DNA of 64,000 nucleotides from assembly GCA_964016885.1 (NCBI GenBank), contig OZ024741.1:345092001-345156000 (forward strand). The letters run 5' to 3'. A model generated the notes under the pieces. The model had not been told where the DNA came from. It did not search any database and saw only the letters and a program-made list of their open reading frames with translations. Numbering within the stretch: position 1 is the stretch's first letter; each line of letters opens with the position of its first letter. The stretch is from Eledone cirrhosa (taxonomy: Eukaryota). Shown piece by piece: positions 1 through 15,778 of the stretch. The position numbers were made by a program, and so were the translations under genes.

Positions 1-922
1 ACATAGGGACACATTAGAGAACATAGATAGATATTATATCCACACACAGAAAAGATGCAATGCTCAGACAAATCACAGAGGCCACAAACATAAACGAACT
101 CCAAACAAAATTAAACAGAAAACATGAGTGAAATAGCAAATGGGTTCGATTCTTCCTCTATATATCTTTTTCAACTTTATTTTCTCACTCTCTCTATCCT
201 TCCCTGGAAGAAATCTGTTGTATTCCGACCTGGAATTTAAATTTCCCAAGAAACGTTGTATGTCAATACAACACCCTAATGATACCCTCGGGAGTTACGG
301 GATATATATATATATATATAGTTAGCTAGAATGAAGTATACTAATTATAATATTACAGTCTGCCCATATCGATTTAAAATAATAAATCAACAAAGACAAA
401 CAGTATTGCCAAGTGGCCAAGATGTTTAGACACATTTAAATTTCAAAATCAAACCTGTTCCGTAGATAAGTTTAAACTTTAAAATCCAAATATGTTTCGA
501 GATAAAAAAGTGTATGGATATCATGTCCTGCTCTCTTCAGTAAACATCCAGGAACAAATTGATATGCTTCACTTCCAAATATTTTAAAAGACTGTGTAAC
601 GCACATGGTTTACAGTTTCTAGCTAGCCTCATAACCGTACTGCTAGAAATAACAGCCGTATATATTAGGCTACTTTCAGCTCAACCTAAGGAGCAATAAT
701 ATTAAGTGTAATGAATTCTTTTACAATGAAATTAGCTCAAAGAAAGAAATATTTCTGAGCTGTGTAAAACATTTAAATATAAATTAATATATATGATGAA
801 ACACAAATACCAACATATCTGTATTTATATTGTAAAAGAAAATTTAGTTAGCTAGAATGAAGTATACTAATTATAATATTTCTTTCTTTGAGCTAATTTC
901 ATTGTAAAAGAATTCATTACAC

Positions 923-1001
<79 letters not shown>

Positions 1002-1012
1002 ATATGTATATG

Positions 1013-1061
<49 letters not shown>

Positions 1062-1068
<7 letters not shown>

Positions 1069-1230
1069 ATTAACAAATGGAAACTATATTTATAAAACCA
1101 TATTTATTTCATTATACATATTTCAAGGATACCAAGTTAAATTATGGTATGCCTTCATCAGACAAAATACAATGTATATCAGTTTTACAAATAAGCATTG
1201 ACGTACCCTTTCAAAATGCGACCATTACTT
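1062..1230 (-). mobile_element. Short hammerhead-bearing dispersed repeat (family H), copy
   Basis: Reverse complement reads CTGATGA-AGGCATACCATAA...TTGGTATCCTT-GAAA-TATG-TA. Near-identical to copies at ~1818-1983, 3238-3492, 8788-8855/10171-10220 and 10228-10430. Abuts (TA)n. Confidence 0.6.
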
Positions 1231-1315
1231 TTGGAGGACATCAGGATAGTGGTTTGTTTTGCATATATATATAGAGAGAGAGAGAGATTGATAAATAGAT
1301 AGATAGATAGATAGA

Positions 1316-1359
1316 TTTCTTTATTAGCCACAAGGGCGCAACAAGAAAGGGGACAATAC

Positions 1360-1362
<3 letters not shown>
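1316..1362 (-). mobile_element. Extreme 3' tail of Tx1/L1-like LINE inserted in (GATA)n
   Basis: Reverse complement (tttgtattgtcccctttcttgttgcgcccttgtggctaataaagaaa) matches the 3' ends at ~16520 and ~17069. (GATA)n on both sides. Confidence 0.7.
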
Positions 1363-1429
<67 letters not shown>

Positions 1430-1772
1430 GGAGGCACATGGCTTAGTGGTTAGAGCATTGGCCTTGCAATCGAAAAGTTGTGAGTTCAATTCTCAGATCG
1501 GGTGATGTGTTGTTTCCTTGAGCAAGACACTTTATTTCACATTGCTCCAGTTTACTCAGCTGTAGAAATGAGATGATAGGGACTGGGGTCCCTATCATTC
1601 CACTGCAAAGTGGTCGTGGAGGTGCCACGGCAAAAAAGCACCCAGCACTCACTGTAAATGAGGTTGGTGTTAGGAAGGGCATCCAGCTGTAGAAATCAAG
1701 CCAGAGTCAGTTCCCGTCCCACCCTTGCAAGCAGGGAAAAGCGGACGTAAAATGAAATGATGATGATGATGA
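1430..1772 (+). mobile_element. tRNA-derived SINE
   Basis: A box TGGCTTAGTGG, B box GTTCAATTC, central CCTTGAGCAAGACACTT block, (GAT)n tail. A related copy lies at 57835-58167. Confidence 0.8.
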
Positions 1773-1786
1773 TAGATAAAGTATAG

Positions 1787-1817
<31 letters not shown>

Positions 1818-1820
<3 letters not shown>

Positions 1821-3489
1821 GATATTAAACAAATGGAAACTATATTTATAAAACCATATTTATTTCATTATACATATTTCAGTGATACCATATTAAAAAT
1901 ATGGCATGCCTTCGTCAGATAAAATACAATATATAAACAGTTTTATAAATAATTTTGACGTACCATAAATATAAGCGACCATTAAGATAGGAAGCTGGCT
2001 TGGTAGTGAAGTGTTTATAATTATTTAGTTATAGTGTTAAGCACAGTTAGAAAGAAAGACGGAGAGAAAGAAGCAATGTATGTAAAGAAAACCAGAGAGA
2101 AATAGAGAGAGATATAGGGGAGAGAGAAAGAAGGAGGAGGTGAAAAAAGAGAGGCAACCGAAGGCAACAGATGAATAATAATAATTCACCATACAAATAG
2201 AGAGATTTAAGAGAGAGGGAGTACAGTAATTATTTAGTTATAGTGTTAAGCACAGTTAGAGAAGAGACGGAGAGAAAGAAAAAAATGGAGATGAAGAGAA
2301 AACAGAGAGAAAAAGAGAGAGGTGGGAGGAAAAGAAAGAGGGAGAAAAAATAATAATAATTATATAGAGGGAGGTGAAAACCAAGAGAGAAATAAGAGAG
2401 AAACATGAGAGGCAAAATCAAAGCGACAGATACATAAAACTTCATCATATATAGAGAGAGAGGAGAAGAAAGAGCCATATCTAGAGAGAGGGATGATACA
2501 GTTACATCTTTACGTCATGTCATATCAATTTGAATTATCAATTCATGTGAACTGGGTAATAGAATGTAAATATCAATATTCATGAATGAGACATAGATAT
2601 ATAATGTGTGAAAATAATTTTGCTCAATAATGACCATATGTTTAGTTTAAAACTCTGAGGTCAATGTACCAAAATCTGAGATAAATCTTCAAAAAATTAC
2701 CCTATTTATAAAAATACGGAGATATATAAGTATATATATATATACGCATATGCACTTTCTGAAAAAAGAAAAAGAGAAAGTTATGTCAAGCTCTAGTCGA
2801 TAATATAGACATACACATGACTTTACGTGATCAACTCTATAATTTCTTGTGTCATAAAAAAATTTCCTTGTGTTATAAAAAATTTCACTATATATATATA
2901 TACATAAAAAGTAAACGATTAATATTCATGCCCCCACACATATGTTTATCGTTCATGTATATAATATTATGCATATCTGTAACATATACAGAACTATACC
3001 CACATTTATATATATATATATATATGTACATATAAGATATCTGCGTGAGTATTCCAGCATATTGAGCAACATTATTTTCACACATTATATATCTATGTCT
3101 CATTCATGAATATTGATATTTACATTCTATTACCCAGTTCACATGAATTGATAATTCAAATTGATATGACATGACGTAAAGATGTAACTGTATCATCCCT
3201 CTCTCTAGATATGGCTCTTTCTTCTCCTCTCTCTCTATAATGGTCGCTTATATTTATGGTACGTCAAAATTATTTATAAAACTGTTTATATATTGTATTT
3301 TATCTGACGAAGGCATGCCATATTTTTAATATGGTATCCCTGAAATATGTATAATGAAATAAATATGGTTTTATAAATATAGTTTCCATTTGTTTAATAT
3401 CGTATATCTACTCCAAAAACTTGTCGAGTGCTTTATATCGATTATAAAATATTTACTTGTTGCAACCCAACAATTTTAAATAAAACTTT

Positions 3490-3492
<3 letters not shown>
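1818..3492. repeat. Composite inverted structure with family H hammerhead arms
   Basis: 1818-1983 is the reverse complement of 3238-3403, and ~2450-2630 is the reverse complement of ~3057-3237. (TA)n on both flanks. Confidence 0.8.
3299..3354 (+). ncRNA. Type I hammerhead ribozyme-like motif (family H)
   Basis: CTGACGA, stem II GGCATGCCATATT/AATATGGTATCC, then GAAA-TATG-TA. Stem I is weak and AT-rich. Confidence 0.55.
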
Positions 3493-3574
<82 letters not shown>

Positions 3575-3576
<2 letters not shown>

Positions 3577-4065
3577 TAGCCGAATTACCCGCGCCTTGCT
3601 GCGTTTCACACATTTCTTTTTGTAAGAAAATGATCATTGATTTTAAATCAGTGATATAATTTATGGAGAAAAACTCTACATTTCAATATTACTCAATGTA
3701 AAATGTAATGCATGAAAAATTGGAAAACATTATTTTTTGTAATATATCAAATCAAAATTACATTATTAAATATTATTCTTATTTTGTTTCTTGTAAATAA
3801 TTTTTTAATTCAAAACTTTTGTGAATAGGCATCATATCTTGTCATTTACCTATGGTTGAAATATCATATAAATCGAAGCGAAAAAATTTTCAACGATGTA
3901 AGAAAATTTGTGCCCCTGGGGAACCCTTTGATTAAAATGAAATATACTTATCTAAGTACCCTGGGCAATGTAGTTTCAGAATATATATGCTTGTGGGGGG
4001 AGGGTCTATCTCCAAAATCATAGGCGTAGTTCGTGAACAAACAAACAGACAGGAATACAACTTTA
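3575..4065 (-). mobile_element. Non-autonomous Helitron-like element
   Basis: On the minus strand it ends in a GC-rich segment plus CTAG|T (ACTAG at ~3575) and begins TATATAAAG...(GTTT/GTCT)n. Confidence 0.5.
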
Positions 4066-4133
4066 TATATATATATATATTACTCTTTTACCTGTTTCAG
4101 CCATCCGGCTGGAATTGGTGCTCTAAAATAGCT

Positions 4134-4612
4134 ATATATATATGAATGTATATATAGTGTATTTTGCAATACACTGTATGCTTAATTAAAAGCATTTTGA
4201 AGACCTTATGCTATTGTTTTAGAGTAGTGACAGTCTCACTTACTTTAATTTTCAGCAAACAGGGGAGATAAAGTTGACAAGACCCTGTTTCGCATTTATT
4301 GATGCTTATCAAAGCCAACTGCTCCTCCTGTTTGCTGAAATCATGGATGTTTGGTTCTTATAGAATTCTAGTAAATAATCTAGAATTCTATAAGAACCCA
4401 ACATCCATGATTTCAGCAAACAGAAGGAGTAGTTGGCTTTGATAAGCATCAATAAATGCGAAACAGGGATTTGTCATTTTTATCTCCCCTGTTTGCTGAA
4501 AATTAAAGTAAGTGAGTCTGTCACTACTCTAAAACAATAGCATAAGGTCTTCGAAATGATTTTAATTAAGCATACAGTGTATTGCAAAATACACTATATA
4601 TACATTCATATA
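4134..4612. repeat. ~480 bp fold-back palindrome with degenerate hammerhead-like motif in each arm
   Basis: Arms ~4134-4371 and ~4380-4612 are near-perfect reverse complements around an ~8-nt spacer. Each contains TTGATAA-GCAT(caataa)ATGC-GAAA-CAGG. Confidence 0.85.
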
Positions 4613-4834
4613 TATATATATATATATATTGGAGTAACATGTGCCCACACAACCGAGTTTGGTGTCAGAACGGAAAGCCTGTTAAGAAAGTAAATCCACT
4701 GTTCGATCTTCCAGAAACTTGACTTGTATACACTGCAAGCGGATTTTGTTGATTTGGGATTTACAGAAACCTAACTGAGACATTGCAAAATATTCGAAGT
4801 GATGGTCCAGGTTTATTATATATATGTGTATATA

Positions 4835-4972
<138 letters not shown>

Positions 4973-4974
4973 TA

Positions 4975-5680
4975 GCCGATAAGTGGTATTCTTTGTATGG
5001 TAGTTTTGATGAAAAGAATAATGCCATGATTGAGTTGTTAACAACGTTTATTTTATAACAACAATATTCACTTTGAACATCGAGTAATAATATTTATGAC
5101 ATGAATTATCCCTACATATTTAATTGAATAACTTCTACGAGTTAGTGTAAATGCATGTATCACAGAAAACGATATAGTAAAAGTTGTGATGTATCTAACA
5201 GATACAATATAACAGGAAGAATAGAATGTAAACAATATGAACTTACTATGTGTGAGTGTGTGTGCCTATTCTTAGAATACATTATTGTCGTAGTAGTAGT
5301 GGTCAATTTGTCAGGCAGGCATGTCTAGCTGTGTCTGTGGTCGAGAAGGTGACAACCAGTAAGGCCAGAAAAGAGTGATAGAGTAAAAGGTCTACTACAT
5401 CGTGAACCTTAACACGGGCTGCTTGCTTCGGTCTCTCTGGATTTTAGATTCCTTAACTCCTTGTATTTATAATGGTGCTAAAGTTAGAAGGTTGATTTAT
5501 GATCAGCCATGTGGATATCGTCTCCCAGGAAGCTGGGGTCACAGGTCAAGTGGAATGTATGCTTATCATCGCTGTCTTGATAGGACAATGGTGAGAACTT
5601 CCAACGATAGATTGTCTCAGAGGCGAGAAACCTCAGATTCGGTTTCGAATCTTCGCCGGTAAAACATAGGAGTATTCCGT
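4975..5680 (+). repeat. Dispersed ~0.7 kb repeat (family D)
   Basis: Homologous to 14968-15705 in the opposite orientation; shared blocks include TTTGATGAAAAGAATAATGCCATGATTG and GATCAGCCATGTGGATATCGTCTCCCAGGAAGCTGGGGTCAC. Confidence 0.75.
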
Positions 5681-6454
5681 TATATATATATATAACAAAA
5701 ATAGAAATGCTGATGTTACATAAATCGTTTAATCATTATAATTACTAGCAGAAAAACCAGAAGAACACAGCCCCCCCCCCCACACACACACCTACATACA
5801 TACATACATACACACATACATACACATATACACACATACATATATACATATATACATACACGCACACATACACACACACATGAAAACATACTCTGTTGTA
5901 GGGGTCAGCTGCCGACTTGATGGCAACGATGTAAGAAAAATACAGGAGAAGGAGGATATCTACGGACCATTGATGAGGAGTTTGCAGATCCAGTATCCAA
6001 GATACACCTTCAGCTATATCCATCATTATTGGAGCTACAGGTTATATACCGGCCCGCTTGGACCAAAGTATAACTGAACTTGGATTTGAGGACGAAGAAC
6101 GCAGCTCCCTAATTCATTGACTACAAATGGCTGCGATAGCTGGCACCTTCAAAATTAGCAATTTCTTTTCTTTTACAACCTTGCCACCAGGAAGGTGGTC
6201 GGTCAAAAATGTACTCGAAACTAAGAGAAAGAGAAACACGCACGCACGCACGCACACATACATACATACATACATACATACATACATACATACATACATA
6301 CATACATACATACATACATACATACATACATACATACATACATACAGCTAAATTGTTTATGGAAATATAAAAAAATATATACTGAATGAAGCGAAAACCA
6401 AACCAAACAGTGAGGGCGTTTTACTATTTTTTTGTCAATGTTAGGACTATATGA

Positions 6455-6880
6455 CCCTTGCTTAATATATGTGCTGCTGTGTGGGTCTGAGACTTGGACA
6501 CTGACCAAGAAACTCACTCAGATGGTGGATGGGTGCTACACGAGAATGCTGAGGATGACTCTCAACATTAATCAGTATACACTGAGGATGAAAAACTCAA
6601 AGCTGTTTGGGAGCCTCCCAAAAGTCAGCTCAAAAGTGACACAGAGGAGATTGAGGTTAGCTGGACATGCTCACCGACGTCCAGAGTTGACACTGCACTT
6701 AGTGCTCCTGTGGGAGCCCCTGCATGGACACACTGGAAGAGGAAGACAAAGGTTAACGTATGTTGATGCCCTAAGGACAGACACTGGTCTGTTGGAGACT
6801 CAGGACATGGCAGCGATAATGAGGGACAGAGACCGCTGGAGAGAACTCGTCCATTGATCTCGGGAATTTTACCTGCCCTA
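6455..6880 (+). mobile_element. RTE-clade LINE 3' fragment (C-terminal to RT)
   Basis: Translation VLLCGSETWTLTK...DGCYTRMLR...QRRLRLAGH...LW.P..G..GRGR...DRDRWR is typical of the RTE C-terminus. Confidence 0.8.
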
Positions 6881-7509
6881 GATAGATAAATAGATAATAT
6901 AATAATATAAACAATGTATTTTTAGTCTTTGTAGCGTATTTATATAAAAAATTCACGGATAATCCCCTCTCTCTAAATATTTTAAAACCCCCTCTATATA
7001 TATAAACCCATCCCTTTCTCTATATATTAAAACCACCCTCTCTATATATTATAACACCCCTCTCTCTATATATATATTTCACCCCCTCTCTCTATATATA
7101 TTTTAACCCTCCTTTCTCTATATTATAACCGACTCTCTCTATATTATAACTCGATTCTCTCTATATATTATAACCCATCCCTTTCTCTACATTATAATCC
7201 CCTCTCTCTAAATATATTATAACCCCCCCCCCTCTCTCTCTATATATATATAATAACCCATCCCTTTCTTATATTATAATCCCCCCCCCCCTTTCTCTCT
7301 CTCCTTTCCAACGTTGCAACGCTCTTTGATTTTCTTTGGCCGTAGATTTTCGTAGATTGTTTACCACCCCACTTTCATTGTTTTACTGAAAGCGTGACAC
7401 ACACGGCCGGACGTACGGTACAGGTATTAGAGTATTAATATATAGATATTTTAAATAACACTTCTCTTCCTATTCAAACATCTGAATTCATGTGAAACCA
7501 GTTGTGTAA

Positions 7510-7640
7510 TATTGATTTCTACAATAGGCACAAGGCCAGCAATTTGGGGAGGAAGGGAAAGTTGATCAAATCGAAACCGGTGCATTACTGGTGCTTTATT
7601 TTATCGACCCCGTTAGGATGAAAAGTAAAGTTAAGCTCCA
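7510..7640 (-). mobile_element. SINE fragment (same family as 50577-50765)
   Basis: Reverse complement shares CTTTCATCCT..CGGGGTCGATAAAATAAAG.ACCAGTA and TTGCTGGCCTTGTGCC. Confidence 0.65.
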
Positions 7641-8218
7641 TAATCCACCGCCCATGAATAATAGGACTCAACCAGTTGAGTCATATTACCGAGGAAACAC
7701 CTCTGACAAGATCAAGTTTTCTAACTAATTCCAGGAAAACATCACATCGTTCACGAATGAAGCCTCGTTTTCATAAAATTTTCTATTAAACTTAATATCT
7801 AGGTTTCCTACGCTAAAAAAACATAAGTATATTAACTTATCTGCTAACATATTTTCAATAGTATTGTGCTTTTACTAATATGATCCTATGTTAAGTATTT
7901 CCGAAGAAAAAGCAAAGGAATAAAAGAGTGCTCTATGTATAAAACAAAGATATTTAATTAGAAAGTTAACAGCACAATATATAATTACTCCATAGTTATA
8001 TATTGTTCACTTCCTAAATAATATAACTCTATACAGATCCATAAAAAATATCACTTGCATTAAACGACTTAGTTACATGTCAACATATTTTGTGGCTCAA
8101 ACTGTCCTTTATAAACCAAAAAGAAAGAATTGTGTTGATTATTAGAGAACTAAGAAGAGTGCAAACATACTATAGAATTTACTTACCGGAGAAAGCAAAC
8201 TTTTAATACACACACACA

Positions 8219-8253
<35 letters not shown>

Positions 8254-8264
8254 GCGCGCGTATG

Positions 8265-8613
8265 ACGCGATTTCAAACATAAGTCGGGGTACATAAAATA
8301 ACGATTTTAATATATACATATATATGTGTGGGTATTTGTTTATATGTGTGTGAGTGTGTGTATATATATATATATATGCGTATGTATGTGTATGTATATG
8401 TATATATCTCTCTCTATATATGTATATATATATATGTGTGTATGTGTATATGTATGTGTGTATATGTGTATATGCGTGTGTATTCATATATATGTATACA
8501 TATACATATGTATAACCTCCCCAATTTCAAACATAAGTCGGGTACATAAAATAACGATTTTAATATATACATATATATGTGTGTGTATTTGTTTATATGT
8601 GTGTGAATGTGTG

Positions 8614-8651
<38 letters not shown>

Positions 8652-8753
8652 TATGTATGTGTATGTATATGTATATATATCTCTTTATATATGTATATAT
8701 ATATGTGTGTGTATGTGCATATGTATGTGTGTATATGTGTATATGCATGTGTA

Positions 8754-8760
<7 letters not shown>
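8265..8760. repeat. Tandem duplication of ~250 bp microsatellite-rich unit
   Basis: ATTTCAAACATAAGTCGGG(G)TACATAAAATAACGATTTTAA occurs at ~8270 and ~8524 with a collinear downstream pattern. Confidence 0.75.
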
Positions 8761-8788
<28 letters not shown>

Positions 8789-8855
8789 GATATTAACAAA
8801 TGGAAACTATATTTATAAAACCATATCTATTTTATTATACATATTTCAAGGATAC

Positions 8856-10170
8856 TGTGGTAAAATGTAATGTATCCTAGTTGGATAGTTCATTGACATA
8901 GACGTGAGGGAAGGTCCCTCGTCTATTTACCATTTTGTGTTTGTGAGAATTACAACAAAGTGAGTGAGTGTGTGCGCAAACAAGACAATAACCACAACGA
9001 GAGTTAAGTTCAACAATTGTAAATAATGGTGGTTTATTTATACTACAAATGGAACATACCAAATGTTGACGTGGTCAGTTGTGGTGAAAGGAACGTATTA
9101 CCATTACAAAAGTATTGTTGGGTTTATTGTTTGCTTATTGGCTGCTTTCTGTGACGTGGTACAGAGGCTGTTTTCTGGCGTGTGATCAGTCTGCTTTCTA
9201 GTGGTGGCTGTCTGTTTACTCCTCGCGTTCTCAGCCAGCGGCAGATAACTAGGGTTATTCTATTATCCTGGCAAGAGGCGTGAGGCGTCTTACTACAGTA
9301 TCTCCTGCCAGATTTTCAAATCATCGAAAATCGATGTCATTACTCACATGTGGAGTAAGATGGCGAACAATGCAACAAGGGGGAGCTATTCACTCTACCA
9401 AAAATTGAATCCAGAATAAGGATTTGAAAAATGTTAGTTTTTGAAATACTGCTAATTTTTCAAAAATAATTTTGAAAGGAATATATTGTATTTTCGCAAG
9501 TTGCGAAAAGGCCGGCAACGCGGCAATAAAAGTTCAACTGAATAAAAAAGAAGGGCTGCGTTAAATTCTTACGTCGGTCACCACTTTAGCAGTGTAGCAG
9601 TATGAAGTCGTGAGTGTGGCAGTCTCCAGTGTAGCTGTGGCCAGTGGTCACAGTGTGGTAAAGTGATAGTATCCTCGTTGGATTGTCTTGTCGACATAGA
9701 CGTGAGGGAAGGTCCCTCGATCTATTTACCATCTTTGTATTTACAATGTTCCTTTCGTCAGGTCGCCAATTCCAGCAGCATGGATTATAGATGTTATTGA
9801 GACACGAGTAACATAATAATGATTTCAACAGCAGAAATTAGAGATGAAATGTATGTTTATTTTTGGTGTAGCACAAACAATGTTTGTTAACTTATATGGT
9901 TGAAGTTACATCTAAAAAGAGGTTACAAAAGGGAATGTGCCGTTGCGCCGGAAAGCCAGCGAGGCTAGGGGTGCAAAATCTCACCGTTACATTATGCGTG
10001 TTGCTGGTTTGAAATTCCTGGTACAAGAGAGAGATTCTTCAAATCTTCGCGGGGAATTTCTTCCTCAGGGCGCGTAGGGATACATCCTCTTCTACTGGCG
10101 CTGATTGGCTGAACTGAGCCAAATCACGCACAGAGAATGTATGTGAGCCCGCGGAATGTAGGTCACTACA
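8856..10170 (-). mobile_element. Non-autonomous LTR element with two dissimilar LTRs, inserted in a family H hammerhead repeat
   Basis: ATAC TSD (8852-8855, 10171-10174). LTRs ~9585-10170 and 8856-9297 both begin TGTAGT on the minus strand. tRNA-Trp-like PBS TGGTGACCGACGT at ~9571-9583; purine-rich tract at ~9298-9310. Confidence 0.7.
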
Positions 10171-10227
10171 ATACCATGTTAAATTATGGTATGCTTTCAT
10201 CAGACAAAATACAATATATATCCGTTT

Positions 10228-10430
10228 TATATTGTATTTTGTCTGATGAAAGCATACCATAATTTAACATGGTATCCTTGAAATATGTATAATAAAATAG
10301 ATATGGTTTTATAAATATAGTTTCCATTTGTTCATATCGTATGTTTACTCCAAATACTTGTTGAGTGCTTTATATCAGTTATAAAAATATTTGCTTGTTG
10401 TATCCCAACAATTTAAATAGAACTTTTGCA
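10228..10430 (+). mobile_element. Family H hammerhead repeat (right arm of a head-to-head pair)
   Basis: CTGATGA-AAGCATACCAT...ATGGTATCCTT-GAAA-TATG-TA at ~10243-10290. Inverted partner is 8788-8855 + 10171-10220. Confidence 0.65.
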
Positions 10431-10857
10431 TATATATATATATATACATATGCATATGTATAACCTCCCCAATTTCTCTAATACCCCGTCAATTATCACA
10501 TTCCTATCGCTTTCTCATTGCTCATAGCTTCGTACCTACATGCACACACACTCTTTTACTTACATATACACACATATCTCTTCTTAGCTTCGTACGGACC
10601 TATAATAACACACACACACACACACTCATGCTTACGCACGTGCTCAAGTATAGATCTTTTTACAAAACGCTATTTTTCCATTTCAGGTAGACTCGCGCCA
10701 TCATCTACTTTTCTAAAAAAATAAATCATACACAAAACGCCAGCACCAACAGTTTTGCAAGAGATGTCAACATGAATGGACCTGTTATTTTTATCTAAAG
10801 AGATTTTTTCCAATTCCATCCCACCCGTCCCCCTAATCTATTTTATTTCTCATTCTT

Positions 10858-10893
10858 TCTTCTGATGAAGGACTAGCGTCCGCAACGTTAAGA
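10858..10893 (+). ncRNA. Minimal hammerhead ribozyme motif with one core mutation
   Basis: TCTT-CTGATGA-A-GGAC(tagc)GTCC-GCAA(for GAAA)-CG-TT-AAGA; lies ~350 bp upstream of a PLE RT fragment. Confidence 0.55.
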
Positions 10894-10990
10894 CTTTCTT
10901 CCTGCTATATCAAGCGTTATCCTAATATATACCTTCCATATACTGTACCGATTGTGTTGTTATTTCTGTTTACCTTTTACATACATACAC

Positions 10991-11066
<76 letters not shown>

Positions 11067-11240
11067 TGTATGTAAAAGGTAAACAGAAATAACAACACAA
11101 TCGGTACAGTATATGGAAGGTATATATTAGGTTAACGCTTGATATAGCAGGAAGAGGGTCTTAACTTATATATATATATATATATAAGTTTATCCTGGGT
11201 TCAATCGGGGGTAACCACAGTAAGTATATATATATATATA

Positions 11241-11866
11241 CTCTTCAGCTCCTTCTCCTTACCTCCTGGTCCCCCTCGCCTTCTCTTTACCCTGGACATC
11301 ACCTCTTTCTATACCGTCATCCCTCATGATGACGGCCTCCGCGCTCTCCAACATTCTTTAGACTTACGCCCTACTCCTTACCCCAGCACTACCACTCTTC
11401 TCCGTCTGGCTGAGCTTGTTCTCACCCTCAATGGCTTTTCCTTTTCGGGTGAATTCTATCAGCAGGTCTCTGGGGTAGCGATGGGAACCAGAATGGGTCC
11501 AAACTATGCCAACTTGTTTGTTGGCTACGTCGAAGCCCAGATCTTCTCCTAATACGCTGGGCCAACTCCTGAGCTATACGGTCGGTATATCGACGACTGT
11601 ATTGACGCCACCTCTCAATTATGTGAACAGCTCGACTGTTTTCTTTCTTTTGTCCTATCTTCCATCCTGCTCTCACTTTCACCGCCTCTGTCTCCGATTC
11701 TTCTGTTCCTTTTCTATATATCTCTCTATCTCTATCTATTAATCACTCTCACCACACCCTCTCTACTTCCATTTCATTAAACCGACAGACTCCCAGTCTT
11801 ACCTCGACTTTACCTCCTCCCATCCAACCCACACCAAACACTCCATACCCTATTCCCAATTCCTCT
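11241..11866 (+). mobile_element. Degenerate Penelope-like element RT fragment
   Basis: Translation FTLDITSFYTVIPHDDG...QQVSGVAMGTRMGPNYANLFVG...RYIDDC...KPTDSQSYLDFTSSHP...SIPYSQFL, with a stop and frameshifts. Confidence 0.85.
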
Positions 11867-12100
11867 GATATGTTCTAAATAAAAATAAAATACAGTATAA
11901 TCAGTGGTACAATGTCATATTCCATATACTTGTGCCGGTCCCTTTCTTCATGTCCGTACCTCCACGGGGCTCAATTAATTTTTATATGGTTTATTTCACG
12001 TTATGACCTTATCTCACCCTACTCGATGTATGTGTGTGTGAGTGTGTACGCATATATGTATGTGTGGAGGCCTATGCATGCGTGTGTACGTGTGCATATG

Positions 12101-14346
<2,246 letters not shown>

Positions 14347-14850
14347 TATGCACATATGTATGCAGGGGTATATCTGTGTGTGTGTATATATCGAGGTATG
14401 CAACGGAGTGTATTGGTATGTGTGTCTAGATGTGAGTACATGTATGCACGTACATATATACACACGAGTACATGTATGCTCGTACATATATACATATATA
14501 TACATATATACACATATATCTATATATACACATATGTGTGCGTGTGTATGTATATACGCGTATGTATGTACACATGCATATATGTGTGTCTGCGAATGAG
14601 CGAAATTGAACCATGACAGATACTTTTACACGCCTCTGCCCGCATAATAGTAGTTTGCTCATCATATTAGAGTGATGGATAAGCCATGCATGAATGGATG
14701 CAGCCAGTGGTCGAATTGGACTGGTCAAAGGACGAAGTGACGCCTCAAACCCTTAGCCAAGGTCTAGGCCGTTTAAACAGGATGATGTCAAGGGATGGTG
14801 ATGAAACGCACTAACTATTGTCAGTATGAAAAAATGCATTGAAAACGTTA

Positions 14851-14944
14851 AACATATCTGAGGACCTTACGAGTGCAGAGTCAGGTTCGATCTATAATAG
14901 ATCCTACCTTGAGCTGATCGTCGGAGAAACATATGTAATATGTT
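14851..14944 (+). ncRNA. Type I hammerhead ribozyme motif with long stem II
   Basis: Stem I AACATAT/ATATGTT (perfect), CTGAGGA, ~60 nt stem-loop II region, GAAA, palindromic CATATG, TA. Confidence 0.7.
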
Positions 14945-14967
14945 AATGAATTATGTTTTAATGTATA

Positions 14968-15269
14968 ACAGAATACTCCTATGTTTTACCGGCGAAGATT
15001 CGAAACCTGATCTGAGGTTTCTCGCCTCTGGGACCACCCATTATTGGATGGTTCCCACCATTGTCCTGTCAAGACAACGATGATAAATGTATATACCACT
15101 TGACTTGTGACCCCAGCTTCCTGGGAGACGATATCCACATGGCTGATCATAAATCAACCTCATATACACATCCTTCTAACTATAGCATTATTATAAATAC
15201 AAGTATTTAAGGAATCCAGCAGCTAGAGAGACCGAAGCAAGCAGACCATGTTAAGGCTAACGATGTAGC

Positions 15270-15335
<66 letters not shown>

Positions 15336-15705
15336 CTCTGTCTCTTTCTCCCCCCTCCATCTCTCTCTCCCCTGGTCTCACTGTTTATCACCTTCTCGGC
15401 CACAGACACACCCAGACAGCCAGACATGAAGCAGCAGTCTTGAGACGAATAACGTATTTTTAAGAATAGACACTCACACACATAATAAGTTTCATCTATT
15501 CTTCCGTCTTCTTGTTGAATCACTTATATTGTATCGTCGTGTTTATACATGCATGCACGCTAGCTCGAAGTAGTTAGCCAGCAAATTAATGTAGCGATAA
15601 ATTCTGTCACATATTGTTTTTGTAAAATAAACATTGTCAACATCACAATCATGGCATTATTCTTTTCATCAAACACCCATCAAATAATAACATTTATCCG
15701 CTACA
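14968..15705 (-). repeat. Dispersed repeat family D, second copy
   Basis: Reverse-complement homology to 4975-5680, with an expanded (CT)n tract. Confidence 0.75.
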
Positions 15706-15725
15706 AATGCATCACTGATTCCTCG

Positions 15726-15777
<52 letters not shown>

Positions 15778-15778
15778 T

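Noticed and set aside
1430-1500. Functional nuclear tRNA gene
   Set aside because: The tRNA-like head continues into a SINE body and tail; the cloverleaf is degenerate.
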